From Candidatus Thiovulum imperiosus (GTDB taxonomy: Bacteria; Campylobacterota; Campylobacteria; Campylobacterales; Thiovulaceae), in the NCBI GenBank assembly GCA_024281175.1, contig JAMJTW010000008.1:159309-223308 (forward strand): a stretch of 64,000 bases of DNA. Reading direction: 5' to 3'. Numbering within the stretch: position 1 is the first letter of the stretch; every line of letters begins with the position of its first letter. Both the position numbers and the translations under genes were made by a program. Below are positions 57,974-64,000 of this stretch, in pieces. Below the pieces are notes generated by a model. It did no database searches, was not told the DNA's origin, and worked only from the letters and a program-made list of their open reading frames with translations.

Positions 57974-59950
57974 TTACTTAAATCCTATTCCAACTCTCTC
58001 ATTTTTTTCACTATACTTTTCTGGAATTGGAAATGGCATTATCTCTTTCTGAATTTCAAACCTATCTAAATCTGGTTTTGAGTTTCTAATTTCTTCCACT
58101 TCTTCAAGCCTTTTCTCACTTTCAGGATTTTCTATTGTATTTCCCTTAACTCCATAACCTCGAAAGCCTGGAGGTATCTCCATTTCTGAAATATCTAAAA
58201 ATTCATAATTTAGAGTTGGTTCTAAATCTCCATCTTTCCAAGAAGCTAAAGTTCGATTTAGCCAATTTAAATCATCTCTTTTTGGAAAATCTGTTCTGAA
58301 GTGTGCTCCTCTACTCTCTTTTCGCTCTAAAGCTCCTTTTGTAGCAGAGAGTGCTAATTTCATCATTTTTCTCATTCGGTATGCCACTCGAAGTTCAGGA
58401 TTTGCACTTTTAGACTTATTTCCAACACCTGTTTCTAGTAGAGTTTTATAAAGTTCTAAAAGTTCAGAATAGGCAGATTCCATATCTGTTCCATTTCGGA
58501 AAATTCCAACTTTCTCCATCATAATTTCTCGCATTCTATTTCGTATTTTGTAGATAGAAGTTTCTGAAACTGGTTTTGAGAGAATTTCGTCAAGTTGGGA
58601 ATCAAACTCTAAAATTGCTTTCTGAATTTCAGAAGTTGAAATCTCTGTTTCACTGCTACCTACAAAATCAGCAACATATTCACCAACAATCATTCCAGAA
58701 ACAACAGTTTCAGCAACAGAGTTTCCTCCTAATCTGTTAAAACCGTGCATATCCCAATTTGCAGCTTCACCAACAGAGAAGAGACCTTTGAGTTTACTTT
58801 CACCTTTAAAGTCGGTTCGGATACCACCCATTGAGTAGTGTTGCATTGGTCGAACTGGTATCCAGACTCCCTCATCAGCTGGATCTATGCCAAGAAAATT
58901 TTTACAAATCTCTTGAACATCTCGTAAATTCTTTTCGATATGCTCTCGTCCTAAAATTGAGATATCTAGCCAGAGATGGTCTCCATAAGGTGAGGGAACT
59001 CCTTTTCCTTTCTGAATATGTTCAAACATTCTTCGTGAAACTACATCTCGACTTGCAAGTTCTCTCTTTTCAGGTTCATAATCTGGCATAAATCGGTATC
59101 CATCAACATCTCGAAGAACTCCACCATCACCTCGACACCCCTCTGTAACAAGAATTCCAGATGGAACAATTGCTGTTGGGTGGAATTGGACTGCTTCCAT
59201 ATTTCCAAGTTCAGCAATTCCAGTTTCAAGAGCCATTCCTTGACCAGTTCCCTCACAGATGATGGCGTTTGTTGTTGCTTCATAAATTCGACCATAACCA
59301 CCAGTTGCAATTACAGTAGCTTTTGAGACATAAGCAGAGAGGTGTCCATCAACAAGGTCTACGACAACTGCACCATGGCAAACTCCATCTTTGTAAATGA
59401 GACTCACTGCCTCTTTTTTCTCTCGAATATCAACTCCCAACCTCATCGCCTCATTTGCAACAGCATAAAGCATTGTGTGTCCAGTTGCATCAGCAGTATA
59501 GTTTGTTCTCCACTTTTTAGTTCCTCCAAAGTCTCTGGAGTCGATAAGACCGTGAGAGGAGTCCGCTTCTAAGAGAACTTCCCGCTTCCCATTTCGAACT
59601 ACACTTCTTTCACCTTTTCGAACTCGACTCCAAGGAACTCCCCACGCTGAAAGTTCTCGAATAGCCTTTGGTGCAACTTGTGTAAATGCTCTTGCTACTT
59701 TCTGGTCACAACCCCAATCCGAACCTTTGACTGTATCTGCAAAATGAACATCTTCATTGTCTCCTTTCCCCATTGTGTTACTAGCAAGACTTGCTTGCAT
59801 TCCACCTTGAGCAGCAGCAGAGTGAGACCTTTTCACAGGAACCAAACTTAAAACTTTTGTATCTTGTCCCCTTTTCTGAGTAGCTATTGCTGTTCGAAGT
59901 CCAGCAAGACCACCTCCTATTACTAAAACATCACTATAAATTATTTTCAT
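57974..59950 (-). CDS. frdA: Fumarate reductase / succinate dehydrogenase flavoprotein subunit (Wolinella FrdA-type)
   Basis: 658 aa; [10 protein letters not shown], covalent-FAD region [30 protein letters not shown]. Length and C-terminal tail resemble epsilonproteobacterial FrdA. Confidence 0.9.
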   Translation of the reverse strand: MKIIYSDVLVIGGGLAGLRTAIATQKRGQDTKVLSLVPVKRSHSAAAQGGMQASLASNTMGKGDNEDVHFADTVKGSDWGCDQKVARAFTQVAPKAIRELSAWGVPWSRVRKGERSVVRNGKREVLLEADSSHGLIDSRDFGGTKKWRTNYTADATGHTMLYAVANEAMRLGVDIREKKEAVSLIYKDGVCHGAVVVDLVDGHLSAYVSKATVIATGGYGRIYEATTNAIICEGTGQGMALETGIAELGNMEAVQFHPTAIVPSGILVTEGCRGDGGVLRDVDGYRFMPDYEPEKRELASRDVVSRRMFEHIQKGKGVPSPYGDHLWLDISILGREHIEKNLRDVQEICKNFLGIDPADEGVWIPVRPMQHYSMGGIRTDFKGESKLKGLFSVGEAANWDMHGFNRLGGNSVAETVVSGMIVGEYVADFVGSSETEISTSEIQKAILEFDSQLDEILSKPVSETSIYKIRNRMREIMMEKVGIFRNGTDMESAYSELLELYKTLLETGVGNKSKSANPELRVAYRMRKMMKLALSATKGALERKESRGAHFRTDFPKRDDLNWLNRTLASWKDGDLEPTLNYEFLDISEMEIPPGFRGYGVKGNTIENPESEKRLEEVEEIRNSKPDLDRFEIQKEIMPFPIPEKYSEKNERVGIGFK

Positions 59951-60378
59951 TTCAAACCTTTAGATTTTATATTGTAGAGAATTGAAGCGATTTCATCACT
60001 TTCTGCTCTCTCTCTCTGCTCTCTCTTTTTCAACTCTTTTTTAAGTATCTCATTTTCAAGATATTTAAACTTCTTAAGCTCTCTGTCTCTATTTTGAATC
60101 TCAAGTTTTATCTCTGCGATTCTCTTTTTTGAAGAATCTTTCGCTTTTTCAAAAGTTCCAATATCACTTTTCATATTGTGCATAGCGATATTCATTTGGC
60201 GAAAGGCTGAAAAGTTTGTTCCACTATCTGGATACTCAATTTCCAAAATCTCTTCACGAACCTCATCAGCCATTCTCTCAAAACCACCTATTTTGCTATA
60301 CTCAACTTTAATTTCTCTCTCAAGAGTTTCGATTTTTTTCTCTTGAAGTTTTATCAAATCTGTAAATTTTGTCTTCAT
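59947..60378 (-). CDS. Coiled-coil protein, FliJ-like (tentative)
   Basis: 143 aa, all heptad-like. The C-terminal [15 protein letters not shown] resembles the FliJ tail. 4-nt overlaps with both neighbours. Confidence 0.45.
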   Translation of the reverse strand: MKTKFTDLIKLQEKKIETLEREIKVEYSKIGGFERMADEVREEILEIEYPDSGTNFSAFRQMNIAMHNMKSDIGTFEKAKDSSKKRIAEIKLEIQNRDRELKKFKYLENEILKKELKKREQRERAESDEIASILYNIKSKGLK

Positions 60379-61226
60379 TTTCGATGTCTAAAAAGATACT
60401 TCTCCAATAGAATTTCCAAATTCTCTTTAAGTTCCATTGGAAATAGTAGAAGTCTCTCTTCTAAATTTTTTGCCTCTTTTTCAGCTTCTTCTATCGCCTT
60501 TTGAAGACCTAAAACTGTTACAAAACTATTTTTATCACCATCATTATTTGTTGTCTTTCCAGCTTCAGCATCACTCTCCAAAACATCGAGAATATCATCT
60601 TGAATTTGAAAGAGAAGACCTAGAGAGATACCAAAGTCATAAAGCTCTTTTTCTAAATCTTTTCTATCAGAGATAATAGCTCCCATCTGCAAAGATGATG
60701 CAATGAGTTTTCCAGTCTTATATTTGTGGAGAGTTCGAATTTTCTCTATTGGCAGAGTCTCATTTTCAAAATAGCAATCTATCGCTTGTCCAATTACCAT
60801 TCCATTCAAACCACCATTTTTAGAAAGTGAGCGAACCAATTCCACTTTTACATCATCTCGAAATGGTGAGTTGGAGATAATTTCAAAAGGTAGAGTGTTT
60901 AGAGCATCTCCAACTAAAATTGCTGTTACTTCATCATATCTTTTATGTAAAGTTTCTGCTCCTCTTCTCAAATCAGCATTATCCATTGATGGCAAATCAT
61001 CATGAACAAGAGAGTAGGTGTGCAATGACTCTATTGCCATTCCAATATAAAAACTATTTTCGATGAGGTTTGGTTGAAGTGCCTTTACAACAGCAAAAAG
61101 TAGTTGCGGTCGAAATCTCTTTCCTCCAACTGTTAAAATCAATTCTAACGCATCTCGAAAATGGGGATGAAAACCATCAACTTCTGGAATATTTTCTACT
61201 ATAAATCTTTCAAACTCTACATTCAT
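60375..61226 (-). CDS. ispA: Polyprenyl (farnesyl/geranylgeranyl) diphosphate synthase
   Basis: First Asp-rich motif LVHDDLPSMDNADLRRG, second FQIQDDILD. Confidence 0.85.
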   Translation of the reverse strand: MNVEFERFIVENIPEVDGFHPHFRDALELILTVGGKRFRPQLLFAVVKALQPNLIENSFYIGMAIESLHTYSLVHDDLPSMDNADLRRGAETLHKRYDEVTAILVGDALNTLPFEIISNSPFRDDVKVELVRSLSKNGGLNGMVIGQAIDCYFENETLPIEKIRTLHKYKTGKLIASSLQMGAIISDRKDLEKELYDFGISLGLLFQIQDDILDVLESDAEAGKTTNNDGDKNSFVTVLGLQKAIEEAEKEAKNLEERLLLFPMELKENLEILLEKYLFRHRK

Positions 61227-61235
61227 TTTTATCCT

Positions 61236-63785
61236 TTAATAACCAAATTCTCCCCAAAACTTAACACTATTTCCGCCAAAAGAGTTATCTATAAACTCTA
61301 CACTTATTGGTAGCGGAACTCGATGAAGAAATAGAGGTTCAAATTTTACACCGACTATCTTTTCATCTATATAATTCATCTCTCTGTTTTCGTGAAGTAG
61401 ATAGTTATATTGAAGATAGATAGACTCTCTTCGTAGAGAAATTGGAAATTTGAAAAAGTATGTTGAGAAGTTAAAGTTCTGTTCCAATCTACTAGAAATC
61501 TTTTGTAGAGATTTTGCATATGGTGGAAAAACATCTGAAAGACCATTCATAGCTATATCTCCAATATCATCTACATCTAAAGGAGACTCAACTTCTAAAA
61601 TTGCTTCATCTTTTAAATTCTTTATTCCAGAGTAGGATAGAGAAAAATATGTCTCATCAAAAATATCTTTTGAAATTCCAATCTTTCCACCAACATTTTC
61701 ACTACCATCTATCTCTTTCCAGAAAGGTGTGATGTGAAAGTTGTAATCTGAAGAGATAGCATTTCCAAAATGTTCATTCCTTGAAAATGAAATTCCTGAA
61801 GAGAGCTCTAATCTCTCATCTTTATCAGCTTGAAAAAGAAAATTTAAACTCTCTCTACCCTCTTTGTAAAATGGAAAGTAGATGCTTCCAAAAAGTTCAC
61901 TTCTCTTCTCTTCACTCCAGTAAAGATAGGATAGTGTAAACTTCACTATATATCTAAAATTTGAGTAGGAGATAGAACCACCTTTCCCATCATTGAGAGT
62001 ATCCAAATAGGATAGGGAAAGTGTGTTGTACCCTATTGGGTCAGAAAAGAGAAAAGAGTAATATTTCTCATCTCCAAAAAGGAAAGAGAAATTTGCATAC
62101 TCCATATCTGTATACTCTCTCCAAGTTGAAATCTCTTCTCTATCTAAAGTCTCACTATCTCCTCTAAAATCATTTCCAACGCTCCAGAAAACTGGATTTT
62201 CTCTACGAAATTTCTCTATCTCAAAAATTTTGTAAGAGTATCCATCTTCTTCCAAAGTTGTCAAAACCATTTTTGTTCCAGAAATTACTTTTCCATCTAC
62301 GATATTATCGCCATCTCCAACTCGAAAAAATTTTCCCTCTTTCCAGAAATAGAGTCCAGAACCGTGTAGTGAATTTGCAATAAAGAGAATACCACCATTG
62401 AATGTGTCAAGAACTCTGGAGTAGAAACCTTTAAAAGAGAATAGCTCCTTACCATCTTTCATTAAAACTCTACTCTCTCCAATCTGTTTAAAATAGAGAA
62501 CTTCACCATATTTGCCAAAAATAGGATAGGAGTTTCCAACTCCAATAAACCGTTTTCCACTCCAGATATGCGGTTCTATAAAAGAGCTATTGATGTCGAA
62601 GTAGAGCCACTCATTCTGAAATTTGTCAAGATAGATTTTTGAGTCAGAAAGAAGAACCTCATCATCTCTCCAGAGACCATATCCAACTTTTTCAACTCCA
62701 ATATCTCCACTTCTTGCATGTAGCAGAGTTCCATTATCTTCAAAAACTCTACTTCCAAAACTCTTTCCAATCTCTTTCAAATTTCCATATTTTGAGAGAA
62801 AGTATAGTCTCGGTTTCTCAATTCTGTCTGATGAGGTTAGATAAACTCCACCTTCTCCTTTTGAAATTGGGTAGCAAGTTAGAGACTTTAAAACCTCAAA
62901 ACCACTCTGTAATTTGAAATCTCTTTTCGCTACTTCTCCAACTTTCAAAAACTCTTCAAATAGTTCATCAAAACTCTCTCCAAAATGATTTTCAAAAGAG
63001 GAGTTCAGAAATAGTGGTGTGAAAATTACGCTATTTTCAGAGTGGTTGTAAAAAAAGCTATTCACTTTATCTATTCCAAATTTCTGATAAAGATAGAAGT
63101 TGAAAAAACCTCCCACGATATATTTCTCTTCCATAAAAGGGAAATCCAAATGGTTGTTTATAAATCTCTCTTTTGTAAGTTTCGAAATTGAGTTTAGAAA
63201 TAGTGCTTTTGCTCGACCACTAAAAAGTCTACCTCCATTTCCAAATAGAGACTCGTTTAAAACCGAATTTCCCTCTAGTAAAGCGTCTGGAAGTAGCAAG
63301 TTTGGAAAAATGTGAATTAGAGAAAATGTTGGTGCTGAACCAAAAATGTCATTTGCCATTTGAGATAAAACATCTTTCTGACTATTCAGCTGAAAAGAGT
63401 GTGCTAACTCATGATACAAAAGTGTATCTATCCAACTTTTCGACGCGAAATAGTCCACCATTCCAGAACCACCATTAAATAGAACAACTCTGTTTCCAAA
63501 AACATTTGCTGTATATCCATTGTTTATCTCATCTTTTGAAGAAGCTAAAAAAATTGTAAGTCGATTTCGAAGTTTATACCCAAATGACTTCTCGTAAATT
63601 TTTAAAATCCTATCCACCTTTGAAACAACTTCATCTCTATATGGTGCATACTCTTCTGGATAGACAAAATCAAACTTCTCTAACTCTTCCGTTACATAGT
63701 TTGAATTAAAAGGCAACATATCTCCACCAAATAGTAGAACTCCTAAAAATATGTGTAGTAAAACTTTTTTCACAATATTCCCCAA
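61236..63785 (-). CDS. Large secreted/outer-membrane-associated protein with HExxH motif
   Basis: 849 aa; signal-like N-terminus (an internal GTG giving MKKVLLHIFLGVLLFG is a possible true start); HELAH zinc-metalloprotease-like motif; C-terminal half rich in beta-strands ending ...WGEFGY. Confidence 0.5.
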   Translation of the reverse strand: MGNIVKKVLLHIFLGVLLFGGDMLPFNSNYVTEELEKFDFVYPEEYAPYRDEVVSKVDRILKIYEKSFGYKLRNRLTIFLASSKDEINNGYTANVFGNRVVLFNGGSGMVDYFASKSWIDTLLYHELAHSFQLNSQKDVLSQMANDIFGSAPTFSLIHIFPNLLLPDALLEGNSVLNESLFGNGGRLFSGRAKALFLNSISKLTKERFINNHLDFPFMEEKYIVGGFFNFYLYQKFGIDKVNSFFYNHSENSVIFTPLFLNSSFENHFGESFDELFEEFLKVGEVAKRDFKLQSGFEVLKSLTCYPISKGEGGVYLTSSDRIEKPRLYFLSKYGNLKEIGKSFGSRVFEDNGTLLHARSGDIGVEKVGYGLWRDDEVLLSDSKIYLDKFQNEWLYFDINSSFIEPHIWSGKRFIGVGNSYPIFGKYGEVLYFKQIGESRVLMKDGKELFSFKGFYSRVLDTFNGGILFIANSLHGSGLYFWKEGKFFRVGDGDNIVDGKVISGTKMVLTTLEEDGYSYKIFEIEKFRRENPVFWSVGNDFRGDSETLDREEISTWREYTDMEYANFSFLFGDEKYYSFLFSDPIGYNTLSLSYLDTLNDGKGGSISYSNFRYIVKFTLSYLYWSEEKRSELFGSIYFPFYKEGRESLNFLFQADKDERLELSSGISFSRNEHFGNAISSDYNFHITPFWKEIDGSENVGGKIGISKDIFDETYFSLSYSGIKNLKDEAILEVESPLDVDDIGDIAMNGLSDVFPPYAKSLQKISSRLEQNFNFSTYFFKFPISLRRESIYLQYNYLLHENREMNYIDEKIVGVKFEPLFLHRVPLPISVEFIDNSFGGNSVKFWGEFGY

Positions 63786-64000
63786 TCCTGTTTTTAGTAA
63801 TTGTATCCTTTCTCGAAATTAACAATAGAACCACTCCTCTCAATTTGAGTTGCTCTTGGAAAAAATAATATTACTTTAATAAATTTTTAAGGAGTGTCAA
63901 AAAGAGGTGCAAAATTACTATGAAACTCTAAGCAAAACTTCAGTTTGGACTCAAAAAGTCGGGTTTCTTATACTTTTTTTGTCGTAACCTCCAAAAATGA

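Noticed and set aside
1-64000. Alternative genetic code as an explanation for genes lacking ATG/GTG/TTG starts
   Set aside because: All long homologous ORFs terminate at standard TAA/TAG/TGA. For example, TGA closes ubiE and the RloB-like gene. No in-frame stops interrupt conserved proteins, so the anomaly is confined to initiation codons.
1-64000. CRISPR arrays, rRNA genes, transposases or integrases
   Set aside because: No regularly spaced direct repeats, no rRNA-like sequence and no recombinase-like ORFs were seen on either strand. The only tandem DNA repeats are coding (1..323) or are the ant leader/gene duplication.

Overview
This is a low-GC chromosomal segment that looks Campylobacterota (epsilonproteobacterial). 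The evidence is a Wolinella-type FrdA, a MOMP-like porin, an LPP20-like protein, AHQWRQPL-type histidine kinases and many TTG starts. This taxon call is an inference. Most of the window is densely packed housekeeping: eno, pgk-gap, ffh, hemH, ubiE, ispG, cysE, purSC, trpC, lysS, rpmA-rplU, era, ileS, der, tyrA, frdA and one tRNA-Ala.

Several small accessory insertions sit among these genes:
- An AAA_21-type ATPase plus RloB-like pair (14094..16032) is translationally coupled to a permease-like protein and a lipoprotein with three Ig-like repeats.
- A Septu-like ATPase plus HNH pair (50020..51991) lies beside a hairpin repeat element.
- A ~3.2 kb islet (54783..57973) holds a frameshifted LRR gene, a cluster of palindromic repeat units, two tiny membrane ORFs and two tandem antirepressor (AntA/KilAC) cassettes.

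The most unusual signal is in that islet. Each antirepressor cassette is preceded by a ~100-nt conserved structured element with a cUUCGg-capped hairpin. The two copies show compensatory changes in three stems, and one 10-11 bp stem is completely replaced.

Other points are apparent ATA and ATT start codons on der and on a sigma-54 response regulator, an FGE-domain / cNMP-CBS-nucleotidyltransferase / DEDDh exonuclease operon, and an frdA without adjacent frdC or frdB. All domain calls come from motif recognition by eye. No HMM or database search was run.
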